Part shown: positions 14,770-24,428 of the stretch, piece by piece
How positions within the stretch are numbered: position 1 is the stretch's first letter
Layout of the letters: every line of letters begins with the position of its first letter
IMG/VR virus record: IMGVR_UViG_3300047160_001675
Coordinates: 1-40,531 of that record
From: a virus
Reading direction: 5' to 3' (one strand)
DNA: 40,531 bases
Translations under genes and position numbers: made by a program
The notes under the pieces: generated by a model
The model's input: the letters and a program-made list of their open reading frames with translations, nothing else
The model's database searches: none
Told to the model about the DNA's origin: nothing

Positions 14770-15007
14770 ACAGAAAATGGCAAACATGACCGGCTATAGC
14801 ATGGGTTATGTACCACCTAAGGGATCTGCTGGCGTTGCCGCTAAAGGCGAGTATTCGCACAACAAGAACCCTAAGTCTGTACCGCGTAAAGGATCATCTT
14901 TAGATGGCGATATGGGGTACTCGTACAACTCAGACCGAGGCAAGGTAATGGGCCTTAAGAGAGATCAGGCTATGAATGAGAATCTTCGAGGTCAAGCAGG
15001 ATGCTAA
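14762..15007 (+). CDS. Hypothetical virion-module protein (81 aa).
   Basis: Overlapping-start ORF in the late operon. Confidence 0.5.
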   Translation: MAKQKMANMTGYSMGYVPPKGSAGVAAKGEYSHNKNPKSVPRKGSSLDGDMGYSYNSDRGKVMGLKRDQAMNENLRGQAGC

Positions 15008-15366
15008 TACTCCCTAAAGACGACCAGATAAAAGCGCACAATGATGCTCGTAAGGGTTTAGAGAACCATTACAACTCCGAGATGGAGAAGATCTTGAGTG
15101 CAAACGCATCTAAGGACGTTTACTGGATTTTAGGGAAAGTTAAGTTCCCAGAAGAATTAGGGGGACAAGTAGGTAGAACCTTCCTTCAGGCTTCTGATGT
15201 GAAGCCGCCAGTAGTGAAGAATGCCTTTTTATATGAGGTCGATAACCGACGTGGTGTCAAGACCCTACTGTGGGTGATGCACCCTGATGGAAGCATGAGA
15301 CTTCCTACGTTGAATAAAACGATCCAAGTGTCGCCGGCTAAACGGGCGAAGGGCGTAAGAGTCTAG
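15001..15366 (+). CDS. Hypothetical protein (121 aa).
   Basis: Overlapping-start ORF in the late operon. Confidence 0.55.
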   Translation: MLILPKDDQIKAHNDARKGLENHYNSEMEKILSANASKDVYWILGKVKFPEELGGQVGRTFLQASDVKPPVVKNAFLYEVDNRRGVKTLLWVMHPDGSMRLPTLNKTIQVSPAKRAKGVRV

Positions 15367-15418
15367 GTCGCCACTAGATAGAGGGACGCCGCCTGACGGG
15401 CGAACAAACGGGTGAAGT

Positions 15419-16087
15419 ATGGATGAAGAACAAGAAGACGCACAACAAGAGCCTGTCTCCGAGGCCCAAGAAGTTGTCGGCGCCGAAGAACAAGTTGGTG
15501 AGGCTAGAACAAACCCTCAACGCACTGTTCCTCTGGAAGCCTTAGAGGCTGAACGTCGCAAGCGTCAAGATTTAGAAGCTCAGAATAGAGCCTTGCAGGA
15601 ACTGATGACAAAGTCTAAAGCCCCTGCGAAGGAAGAAGAACAAGACGATGATGATGAGGAGTTCATCACGAAGGCAGAGATGAAGCAACGCCTTAACAAG
15701 ATCACCTTCACTCAGAAGCGTGAAATGTTAGAGGAAGCGTACTGCGATTCGAAGCCTGAGGCTGTAGAACTTATTAATCAACATCTCGAAGGAATTATTA
15801 AACGAAAACCTTGGTTAGCACAAACGATAGAATCTGCTCCTAACCGGTATGCTAGAGCATACGAGATTGTACAGGATTATATGCCAAGAGACGAAAAGTC
15901 CGCCCCTGCTAGTAAGTTTAGTCGACCACAAGCAGAGGCGAAGAAGATCGTAGAGAACGCCCAAAAACCGGGCAATCCAGCCACGATCGCTAAGGCAGCC
16001 AATGGTAGCAATATGGACTACCTAAAGTCAATACAGGGGAAACCGGAGTTCAGAGAGTATCGGAGGAAAATGCTAGCTGGGGGCTAA
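15419..16087 (+). CDS. Scaffolding protein (222 aa).
   Basis: Highly charged and helical. Acidic N-terminus. Sits immediately upstream of the capsid gene. Confidence 0.6.
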   Translation: MDEEQEDAQQEPVSEAQEVVGAEEQVGEARTNPQRTVPLEALEAERRKRQDLEAQNRALQELMTKSKAPAKEEEQDDDDEEFITKAEMKQRLNKITFTQKREMLEEAYCDSKPEAVELINQHLEGIIKRKPWLAQTIESAPNRYARAYEIVQDYMPRDEKSAPASKFSRPQAEAKKIVENAQKPGNPATIAKAANGSNMDYLKSIQGKPEFREYRRKMLAGG

Positions 16088-16103
16088 CAAAAGGAAGCCC
16101 TAA

Positions 16104-17045
16104 ATGGCAAATGGAATGACCACAACCACGCAAGTGGACCCGGAAGTTCAAATTTATTTTGATAACGTTTTGCTAGATAGACATCAGCCTTACTTTGTGT
16201 ATGGCTATTTCTCCCAACAAAGACGTATTCCTCAAAAGAACTCCAAACAAGCGATCTTTAGACGCTTTGAGAACCTAGCTGACGCGCTCACACCGCTTTC
16301 AGAAGGCGTTACTCCGAACCCTGAACAGGTTAACAAGTTCGACGTCACCGCAGTCGTATCGCAATACGGTAAGGTTGTGGAACTTACGGACGATGTCATC
16401 ATCACCGTACAGGACGAAACCGCTAATGAAGTCGCTGACATGTTAGCACAGAACCAAGCGTCCAGTTACGATAAAATAATTCGTAATATGCTTGTCGCGA
16501 CCGCAAGCCAGATTTCTTGCCTAAACGGCCAGAACGGGAATGCGATAACGGAGATAACAGTTCCAGATATGGAATTGGCTACAGACTACCTGTTGGGTAA
16601 CAACGGACGTAGAATGGCTCCGAACATCGAAGGACGCAACATGGAGGGTACAGCCCCAGTTTGGCAGGCCTTCTGGATGGTCGTATCAACAGACCTTCGT
16701 ACCAACATTAAGCAATTAAGCACATTCGTCCCAACAGCTGCATACCCAAGACAGCAATCTGTTCTTGAAGCGGAACTGGGTGCATGTGACGAAATTCGCG
16801 TCGTTATGACTACAGAGGCATATAAGTCCACAGCTAACCCAGCAGTGTACTCTAACCTCGTATTTGCTGCTAACGGCTATGGAACCATCGCTATCGACGA
16901 TCAGTCTATGGAGATGATCATTAAGCCTCTTGGAGCTGGTCAAGACCCACTTAACCAGAGATCCACTATGGGTTGGAAGGGCCGTCTTGGATGTACAATC
17001 CTCGATGATAGCTGGGTAATTAACCTACTTTCAACAAGACCATAA
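16104..17045 (+). CDS. Major capsid protein (313 aa, probable HK97 fold).
   Basis: Position after the scaffold gene and a good SD. The N-terminal region (QVDPEVQIYFDNVLLDRHQPYFVYGYFSQQRRIPQKNSKQAIFRRF) resembles N4-gp56/P22-type capsid families as I remember them. Confidence 0.7.
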   Translation: MANGMTTTTQVDPEVQIYFDNVLLDRHQPYFVYGYFSQQRRIPQKNSKQAIFRRFENLADALTPLSEGVTPNPEQVNKFDVTAVVSQYGKVVELTDDVIITVQDETANEVADMLAQNQASSYDKIIRNMLVATASQISCLNGQNGNAITEITVPDMELATDYLLGNNGRRMAPNIEGRNMEGTAPVWQAFWMVVSTDLRTNIKQLSTFVPTAAYPRQQSVLEAELGACDEIRVVMTTEAYKSTANPAVYSNLVFAANGYGTIAIDDQSMEMIIKPLGAGQDPLNQRSTMGWKGRLGCTILDDSWVINLLSTRP

Positions 17046-17058
17046 GGAGGAGATTATT

Positions 17059-17757
17059 ATGGCCGTAACCGATTTTTCAGTAGCTAACATTGCAACCTTC
17101 AAACTGACATCAGGTGGAGCTGCATACAACATCACAGTGCCTTTTGAAGCGGATACTATCGAGTGGTTCAACTACACGAAGTACGCTACGAACTCTAATA
17201 ACCTACAGGGTATTTGGTTCGCAGGCTTCCCGGCTGGTGATGCATTAATCATAGCGAGGGGTACTACTACTCTTACGTCTACACTAGAGACCACAAACGG
17301 TGTTACAGAGCTTCCAGATGGCTCAGGGTTCGCTGCTACGCAGATTCACCCGACAGCTATCAACGCTTCAACAGCCGTCGTTACTGCAACGAATACACTT
17401 CAGAATGGTCAATTCGTTCGAGGTACAAACTTCAGAGCCAACCCGCCTGCGGATGCGACAGGTATGTACGGTCTGAACGATCAAGTATTCCAAGTGGGTA
17501 ACGTAAGCGGAAGCGCGTTCACTCTGTTCCTGCCTTACACCAACCTCGGCATTAGCCCAGATTTAAGTGGCGAGACTGCATTCGTGAATAACGGGGTAGC
17601 TCAGTTCAACTTAATTGGTCAGTCTCTAGGCACAGTCAACCCTGCGCCTGTTTACCAATACACATTGGGTACAGCTGTTATGGGTGCTGATGGCGACGTG
17701 ATTTACATCCGCGCTATGAAGGCAAACCAAGTCACTAACCTTGGAGATGTAGGTTAA
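17059..17757 (+). CDS. Virion structural protein (232 aa) with a C-terminal ADATGM...LN...F.L beta-module.
   Basis: It shares a roughly 70-aa module with the next gene. Possibly a head decoration or fibre protein. Confidence 0.6.
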   Translation: MAVTDFSVANIATFKLTSGGAAYNITVPFEADTIEWFNYTKYATNSNNLQGIWFAGFPAGDALIIARGTTTLTSTLETTNGVTELPDGSGFAATQIHPTAINASTAVVTATNTLQNGQFVRGTNFRANPPADATGMYGLNDQVFQVGNVSGSAFTLFLPYTNLGISPDLSGETAFVNNGVAQFNLIGQSLGTVNPAPVYQYTLGTAVMGADGDVIYIRAMKANQVTNLGDVG

Positions 17758-18110
17758 TGACTAACACCGAGCTGGGATTCGCGATTACGCAATTAGCCTC
17801 ACCTTCCGACATTACACAGACAGTGCCGGTAGTAGTGACTATTGATGATCACGGTCTCCAGCCCGGACAAGTTTTGCGTGCAACGCGTTTCTATGCGTTG
17901 CCGCTTGCTGATGCGACGGGCATGGAACAACTCAACAATCGAGCATTCGTCGTCGAGAACACTACTGAGAATACATTTGAACTCTTCGATCAATACGGAG
18001 CACCGATTGACGGAACTAATTATACCGCCTACGTCGCTAACGGACTAGGCCAATTTAACCTAACTGGGCCGGATCTATTCACCCAGAATTTGAATGTCAT
18101 GGAGACATAA
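17757..18110 (+). CDS. Virion structural protein (117 aa), a paralogous beta-module.
   Basis: GQVLRATRFYALPLADATGMEQLNNRAFVVEN...FELF...YTAYVANGLGQFNLTG parallels the C-terminus of 17059..17757. Confidence 0.6.
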   Translation: MTNTELGFAITQLASPSDITQTVPVVVTIDDHGLQPGQVLRATRFYALPLADATGMEQLNNRAFVVENTTENTFELFDQYGAPIDGTNYTAYVANGLGQFNLTGPDLFTQNLNVMET

Positions 18111-18571
18111 TGAAGAAAGAATCAAAAAAAGAAGACCCTAGTGTTTATGAAGCGACTATGGCGTTAGTCGAGTCAACATATAACCCTGAGGAAGACCTTC
18201 CTACAAAGCTAGAGCATTTTCCTATCTATAACAAATGGGCACGCAAGAACAAGATTCCAGTGAAGTGTCCGACTGAAGACTTCTATCCAAAGATGAAGGT
18301 GCGTTTTCAACGCTTCGAGCAACCAACAAACGTTTTGAAATGCAGAGTCCGTAACAAGGATATCGACTGGTCAGGCCAGCTTATTCCGGGATGCGTTTAC
18401 GACTTATGCATGCCCGTTATTAAGTGGCTAACAGGTTTATCAGAACCAATCTACGCAGAAGTAAAGATCCAGAATGATGCTGGTGGTGGTCGCTATGTAG
18501 AGAAAACAGAAACGAAACAAGTAGGCGAACGCGCTCGATTCAGCTGCCAACCTATTAGTTTTGAGGGGTAA
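18110..18571 (+). CDS. Hypothetical virion-module protein (153 aa).
   Basis: TAATG-coupled. Confidence 0.55.
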   Translation: MKKESKKEDPSVYEATMALVESTYNPEEDLPTKLEHFPIYNKWARKNKIPVKCPTEDFYPKMKVRFQRFEQPTNVLKCRVRNKDIDWSGQLIPGCVYDLCMPVIKWLTGLSEPIYAEVKIQNDAGGGRYVEKTETKQVGERARFSCQPISFEG

Positions 18572-18574
18572 GAC

Positions 18575-19234
18575 ATGGTTAAAACAGCAAGAGACATCAT
18601 CGGAATAATGAGATTAGCAACAGGCAGGATGGACTCATCCGACCCTCTGTTTACTGATGAGATCATGCTTGGCTATGTCAATGACTATTACACGCTGGAA
18701 ATGGGTCAAGAGTTGCGCCTTAAAGAGAAGCGCACATGGTGGGAGTTCGTTTATGGGCCTACTGAGTTGAACCCACTTCCAGTTGATTTGCAGAATCCTT
18801 TTGGTGCACCTCCAACAACTCAATTTACTACTATCGGCCCATTCTGCACCGCAGATGGTTTCGAGGTGTTTTGGTATGAAGATCCAGCGCAATTCTATGC
18901 TATCTGGCCTGAGACGCAACCTTATCAACCTCAAAGACCTACATATGTGTTGTATTACAACAACACTCTAACTTGGCGAGGGCCGCCAGATCGCGATTAC
19001 GCAATGAAAATCAATGCCTATCAGGTGGAAGTTCCAATGCTTTTGGATGATCCAATCCAGAACGACTACCTATGGCGATATATCGCATACGGAGCAGCTA
19101 GAGACCTTTTAAATGACTACAGAGAGTTCGATGTAGTTCAACAGAACGCCCCTGCATTTAACGACTATCGAAGCAAGGTTTACGCGCGTACGTATCAGCA
19201 ACAACAGAATCAACGTTCAACTCCGAGGTTTTAG
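18575..19234 (+). CDS. Hypothetical virion-module protein (219 aa; possibly a head-tail adaptor).
   Basis: Operon position only. Confidence 0.5.
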   Translation: MVKTARDIIGIMRLATGRMDSSDPLFTDEIMLGYVNDYYTLEMGQELRLKEKRTWWEFVYGPTELNPLPVDLQNPFGAPPTTQFTTIGPFCTADGFEVFWYEDPAQFYAIWPETQPYQPQRPTYVLYYNNTLTWRGPPDRDYAMKINAYQVEVPMLLDDPIQNDYLWRYIAYGAARDLLNDYREFDVVQQNAPAFNDYRSKVYARTYQQQQNQRSTPRF

Positions 19235-19834
19235 ATGACGTTCTCAATCATAGTACCTAATGCCACTCAAAGTCCGGGGTTATTTCCAGCTCAGAATAAC
19301 ACGAACTTTCAGCGCTTAAAAGACATAATCAATAACGATCACAACTTCACGGATTCCACCTCCTTAGGTCAAGGTATTCATAAGCAGTGCACCATGATCA
19401 ACAGGGACACTCCTGTAGGTCTGCCAGCTGGTAATGGCATACTTTACTCTCAAGCAGATGGTGTCGGAGCATCGCAATTGCATTGGTATAACGGTGCATC
19501 GGATGTAACGCTTACACCTCCTATCGTAAATGCTCCGCTTAAGGTTACAGGATCAGTTGTGTTAGCAGGAAACGCTACCTCTAGTTCAGTTTATACAGTT
19601 CCACCTAATAGTCAGGGAACGATCTTCGTTAACTATATTAGTCCCGCCGGTAACTTTTACAGATTATATATGTTCTACAGATCATCTACATCCTCTGTAG
19701 GGGCACAACTTATTTTAGACAGTCCTAATACAAGTAGGCCTGATATCGCTATTAGCGGTGCAAACCTATTAGTTGTAAACGGTAACAGCAGTACAAGGAC
19801 AGTCGGTTACTGGATTAACGTGGTGTCATTCTAA
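19235..19834 (+). CDS. Tail tubular protein A-like (199 aa).
   Basis: Synteny and size analogy with T7 gp11 (196 aa) preceding a large gp12-like gene. I did not recognise any sequence motif. Confidence 0.4.
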   Translation: MTFSIIVPNATQSPGLFPAQNNTNFQRLKDIINNDHNFTDSTSLGQGIHKQCTMINRDTPVGLPAGNGILYSQADGVGASQLHWYNGASDVTLTPPIVNAPLKVTGSVVLAGNATSSSVYTVPPNSQGTIFVNYISPAGNFYRLYMFYRSSTSSVGAQLILDSPNTSRPDIAISGANLLVVNGNSSTRTVGYWINVVSF

Positions 19835-22500
19835 TGTCATATCAAGGCTACTTAATTTCAAACTTCGATACCGGGTTCGATAGAGAGAGGCAACCTTGGC
19901 TCTTACCTGACGATGCTCAATTTGAGCTGTTCGATGGGTTCGTCTATCGAGGTGTATGGCAGAAACGAGAAGGATATAGCCAATTCGCTACAGGTCAGCG
20001 TGGTGGGGCTCCGTATTGCGAATCTAGAATGATTAATCGCATAACGGCTGAAAACATTGGAACTGGTGATGGTGCTACTCTCATTTTCGATGCCATGCTA
20101 TCAGAGATCCCCGTCAGGCGTGGTACTGTTACAATTAACTACACCATAGGGGGAACACCTAGAACCGCAACAGACAACGGATTAGGGGCTATTTCAGGCT
20201 TCGGACTAAACAGCGCTCTTTCAACTATAGACTATACGACTGGTGCAGTGCATCTCGTATTCACTAGCGCACCTGATAACGCAACCGCAATAACCGCAAC
20301 ATACGATCAGCATCAAGGCTTTCCGGTTATGGGTGTGATGAACTTCTATACGCAACAAAATACTCGAGAATTGATTGTAGCGGATACAACTTATGTTAAC
20401 CGATATAACTCCGTCACTAACCGACTGGATGATATCTCTCCAACCGTTTTGCTCACTGGCGATAAACACAATTTCATGTCATGGGTCAATTACCCTACTC
20501 CTCAGAATTTACAGAGACTCTTGTTTGTTAACTTTAAAGACCCTGTTCAACAATATGATGGCTCTACCGTCACGCCTTATCCGATTTACACGTCAAGCCT
20601 TCAAGTCACGGCAGCATCTTTTGGAACAGGAAATGGAACGCCGGGGCCATACACATTCACTACACCTACCGACACTGGAATAGTGCCGGGTTCAGTTACG
20701 ATCACTGCAACTGCTCAAGTAGTTACCGATGATCAGTTTGGCAATCTTAAGGGCGATGGAACGGGCACAGTTGACTATCTGAGTGGTGCGATCGCAGTCA
20801 CGTTCAATGCTAACGTTGCAAATATGAGCGCGATCACTATAACCTATAAACAGCTAAATACACCAATAGAGACAGCCCTACACATCTTCCAATTCAAAGA
20901 TCGACTCATAGTTGAATATACGATCGAGAATACAGGAACTCAATATGGACATAGAATTCGTATTTCAGGCACAGGCGCTTTCGGTGATGTCTTTACACAA
21001 GACGCAATAGGCGCCGGGGTTATAGACATACCAGCTGATACCTTTATTTCTTCTTCAGACTTCAATAGAGACGATCTGTTGATCTTCTTGAAGCAAGAGA
21101 CATGGGTGATGAAATACACGCAGAATGACGTCGTTCCGTTCGCTCTAGATAGATTAGATGGAACTCGCGGATCTGAAGCTCCATACGGCACTATTACATA
21201 CCTCAATAGAACGAACGCCTTAAGCCCTATAGGTCTAATTATAACGGATGGGTATTCAGTTGAGAGAGCTGACGACAAGCTACCTGATTACTCCTTCAAT
21301 GAGATAGACTCCGACAACTTCAATTTATGCTTCGCTGGGTCAGTCGATAAAGATCGAGACCATTATCTAATTCACCCTTCAATGGGTCAAACTAAATCCG
21401 ACAGGATATTAATTACTAACTACGAAGAAGATAACTACTCTGTTTATAGGATTCCTCTTAGTTGCATGGGTAATTACATTGTATCCTTCGATGTTACATG
21501 GAATGATCTAACTATCTTTAATTCATGGGATGAGATGGCTTCCATTTATGGAAACTGGAACTCATTCGCATTCTCTAAGGGTGCGCCTATCTCAATAGGT
21601 GGTGGACATGAAGGTCAGATTGTTCGATTGAATGACATCGAAACTGAAGATTATCCCGTATTGATTCGAGACATTACCGTAATTGATTCAGAGACGATTC
21701 AAGTCACTACAGACTTTCAAAACTATGAGATTGGTGACTTTATAGCCTTAGAAGCTATCAGCGGAATGGTTGAGGCTAACAATAAGCAATATGAATTAGT
21801 CGATATCACATCGCCTTACATATTCAATCTAAGGGTAACGGCAGGGGTCGACGCTACAGCCTTTTCAGCTTATACGAATAACGGTGTTGCTTCTAAGTGT
21901 ATAGTGTTCGACTGTAAGACTAAGAAGTTTAATCCATTCGCTAATGCCGACAAGAAGGTTAGCTGTGGATGGCTATACTTTTACGTTTCTACAGCTGGAA
22001 CTGATCTTACAGTAAACAAGCTAATAACAGATGCTAGCCAGACGAATCCTTGTGTTTTAGAAGTACCGGGGCATGAATATAAGACTGGCGAACAGGTATA
22101 CGTTAACGGCGTTCAGGGCATGACTGAGCTTAATGGCCTCTTCTATTACATTACGGTTATTGACTCTGACACTATATCTTTAGATGGAATTGATGCAACA
22201 GGATTTACAGCATACACCTCGGGAGGGTTCACATCAACTCCTGAGCAAGCAATCCTACAAGTAAGATGCATTAGCAATGATACCGAACAGTCCACACAGG
22301 TTTTCCCTTACAATCCAGCTCCATATCAGGTCAACTTATCGAACCAAGAAAGCGAGAACGGGATTAAGAAGTGGTATAAACTTTGGATTAACCAGACTGC
22401 AAGATTCGTGCAATTCGAAGTCATTAACAATCAAGCTGGTGCGGTAGTACAAATACACGCAATAATGCCCGGATTTGCACCGGTGGGGAGGCTTATCTAA
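19834..22500 (+). CDS. Tail tubular protein B-like / nozzle protein (888 aa) with two copies of the GM..LNG beta-module near the C-terminus.
   Basis: Size and synteny (T7 gp12 analogue). The modules lie at about 21690..22235. Confidence 0.45.
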   Translation: MSYQGYLISNFDTGFDRERQPWLLPDDAQFELFDGFVYRGVWQKREGYSQFATGQRGGAPYCESRMINRITAENIGTGDGATLIFDAMLSEIPVRRGTVTINYTIGGTPRTATDNGLGAISGFGLNSALSTIDYTTGAVHLVFTSAPDNATAITATYDQHQGFPVMGVMNFYTQQNTRELIVADTTYVNRYNSVTNRLDDISPTVLLTGDKHNFMSWVNYPTPQNLQRLLFVNFKDPVQQYDGSTVTPYPIYTSSLQVTAASFGTGNGTPGPYTFTTPTDTGIVPGSVTITATAQVVTDDQFGNLKGDGTGTVDYLSGAIAVTFNANVANMSAITITYKQLNTPIETALHIFQFKDRLIVEYTIENTGTQYGHRIRISGTGAFGDVFTQDAIGAGVIDIPADTFISSSDFNRDDLLIFLKQETWVMKYTQNDVVPFALDRLDGTRGSEAPYGTITYLNRTNALSPIGLIITDGYSVERADDKLPDYSFNEIDSDNFNLCFAGSVDKDRDHYLIHPSMGQTKSDRILITNYEEDNYSVYRIPLSCMGNYIVSFDVTWNDLTIFNSWDEMASIYGNWNSFAFSKGAPISIGGGHEGQIVRLNDIETEDYPVLIRDITVIDSETIQVTTDFQNYEIGDFIALEAISGMVEANNKQYELVDITSPYIFNLRVTAGVDATAFSAYTNNGVASKCIVFDCKTKKFNPFANADKKVSCGWLYFYVSTAGTDLTVNKLITDASQTNPCVLEVPGHEYKTGEQVYVNGVQGMTELNGLFYYITVIDSDTISLDGIDATGFTAYTSGGFTSTPEQAILQVRCISNDTEQSTQVFPYNPAPYQVNLSNQESENGIKKWYKLWINQTARFVQFEVINNQAGAVVQIHAIMPGFAPVGRLI

Positions 22501-22775
22501 TGCCTACTCAGCCACCGAGATTTAACTGGGGTACTGAAATTAAGAATATTAACCCCACATTGTATAATCAACTTAACGACTCTTACAGCTCGACTGCGCG
22601 AGTTTTAAACACAAAGACTAGCAAGTATATCACCAATGTCAACCCACCCGCGGATGCTCAGGTAAACACTCTATTTGAAGAGGGTGACTTCTGGGTAAAC
22701 ACAGACACAGATAACGCATGGATATTGACATCTAGGTCGACAAACACAGCAGTGAGCTGGAAGCAAATAACTTAA
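22500..22775 (+). CDS. Small structural protein (91 aa).
   Basis: It shares the ...W.NT.T.NAW.LTS....A.W..IT motif with the N-terminal region of 30887..31510. Confidence 0.55.
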   Translation: MPTQPPRFNWGTEIKNINPTLYNQLNDSYSSTARVLNTKTSKYITNVNPPADAQVNTLFEEGDFWVNTDTDNAWILTSRSTNTAVSWKQIT

Positions 22776-22785
22776 AGGATAGAAT

Positions 22786-23436
22786 ATGGGAAAACTAGAT
22801 TTTGCAGGTGGAGCAGGTGGAGCAGCATCAGGAGCCGCTATCGGGAGTGCCTTCGGGCCTATCGGAACAGGTGTTGGTGCGGTAGCTGGTGGTTTGCTTG
22901 GACTGTTTGGCCGTAAGAAGAAAAAGGCTAAGAAGCTATCGACTTTAGATAAGACTCAACAAGGAATTTATAATCAGAATGCAGAAGGGCTTCAAGGTAG
23001 AGGTAAGTTCGCAGACCTCTATAATTTTGATGCTGATGCAGCAAGAAAAAACTTTAACAATATGTACGCCCAACCTGCCTATCAGCAGTTCCAAGAGGAA
23101 GTGGTTCCGGGTATTACTGGCCAGTTCCGTGGAGGTAACCTTCAAAACTCTTCCTACTTGGGGGGCGCTTTATCTAAGGCAGGGACAGACGTACAAAGGA
23201 ATTTGGATGCTCAGTTAGCGAATATGCTCTATCAGGGTCAAAACGACTCTGTGAACCGTCGTATTAATGGTATCAACAACCTTCTAAATATGCAAACTTT
23301 TGCATATCAACAGCCTCAACAGTCCGCAGGTGATCAAGTGTTTGGTTCCTTGTTAGATATAGGTGGTAAGGCAGCAGGAGCATACTTCAATAATAAGTTT
23401 GCACCTCAACCAGCTGCGGCGGGAGGAACAACATAA
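22786..23436 (+). CDS. Internal virion/ejection protein (216 aa) with a Gly-rich hydrophobic N-terminus.
   Basis: GGAGGAASGAAIGSAFGPIGTGVGAVAGGLLGLFGRKKKK. Position analogous to T7 gp14. Confidence 0.5.
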   Translation: MGKLDFAGGAGGAASGAAIGSAFGPIGTGVGAVAGGLLGLFGRKKKKAKKLSTLDKTQQGIYNQNAEGLQGRGKFADLYNFDADAARKNFNNMYAQPAYQQFQEEVVPGITGQFRGGNLQNSSYLGGALSKAGTDVQRNLDAQLANMLYQGQNDSVNRRINGINNLLNMQTFAYQQPQQSAGDQVFGSLLDIGGKAAGAYFNNKFAPQPAAAGGTT

Positions 23437-24428
23437 TGCCAAGCGCACAAGTAGTTAACTTCGGAGAAGACCCATACGCTAATGCTATGGGGACTTTCGC
23501 TAGAAACTTTCTAGGTGAAATCAATGAAAAAGCAGGTCAGCGCAGGAACGAAAACATCTTTCAAAAGATTAAAGAGAAGTACGGGCCAGATGCGCAACCT
23601 GAAGACATATTCAAAGACGTTTTAGAGCATGAAGGATTAGATCAAGAGTATAAGAGAAACAAGCTTAATGAGATCAAGGAATATGCCGCTATTGCGACTA
23701 AGGGTAAGACCACTCCTTATCAAGACGCTATGCTTAAAATCAGGCAAGAAGAGTTGAATCTTAAGAAGGATAAAGCCGAAAAGGGTGAAGGTGAAAAAGA
23801 AATCACCCCATATCAAAAGAAAGTTCTTAAGAATCAAGAGACGCGATTGAGCCTAGAGAGACAAAGATTAGATCAGGCCACTAAGACACAAGATAAAAAG
23901 CTTCCTGAGTACGTAGATAAATATACAACCAATCTATTGAAGAACGCAGAGGAGAAGCTTCCTGCACATGATAAGGCTGATCTTAATGCCTTTATCGAGC
24001 AATTGATGACAGATGAAGAGAACCCTATGAATGTTAACGACGCATTCAACAGGGCATATGATTACATTCAGGCACGTCGAGAGAAGATAGATAGCGTTCA
24101 GATTACACCTCGTCCCTCCTCATGGTTTAAAGATAATCCTGACGCGATTGCCGAGAATCAAGAGAAGGCCTACTTAGAGCTTAAGGCTTTACACGACGAA
24201 GATGGAATAGAGAGCCAGAAGGAACTAAGGAAGATAGCCGAAAAGGCTGGATGGAAGCCTGATGAGATTACCGAGATGTTGAAGCTTGTCTTTAAAGGTG
24301 CGGGTAAAGCTTTAAGAGGAGCACCGAGAAAAGATTCTTCACCTGAAGAGACTGCCGAAATACCATTTGAAGAACAAGGCGAAGCGGCAGAGGTAGGCGG
24401 TTTAGACGACATACTCTTTGGAGAATAG
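23436..24428 (+). CDS. Internal virion protein (330 aa, charged, coiled-coil).
   Basis: Position analogous to T7 gp15. TAATG-coupled. Confidence 0.5.
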   Translation: MPSAQVVNFGEDPYANAMGTFARNFLGEINEKAGQRRNENIFQKIKEKYGPDAQPEDIFKDVLEHEGLDQEYKRNKLNEIKEYAAIATKGKTTPYQDAMLKIRQEELNLKKDKAEKGEGEKEITPYQKKVLKNQETRLSLERQRLDQATKTQDKKLPEYVDKYTTNLLKNAEEKLPAHDKADLNAFIEQLMTDEENPMNVNDAFNRAYDYIQARREKIDSVQITPRPSSWFKDNPDAIAENQEKAYLELKALHDEDGIESQKELRKIAEKAGWKPDEITEMLKLVFKGAGKALRGAPRKDSSPEETAEIPFEEQGEAAEVGGLDDILFGE

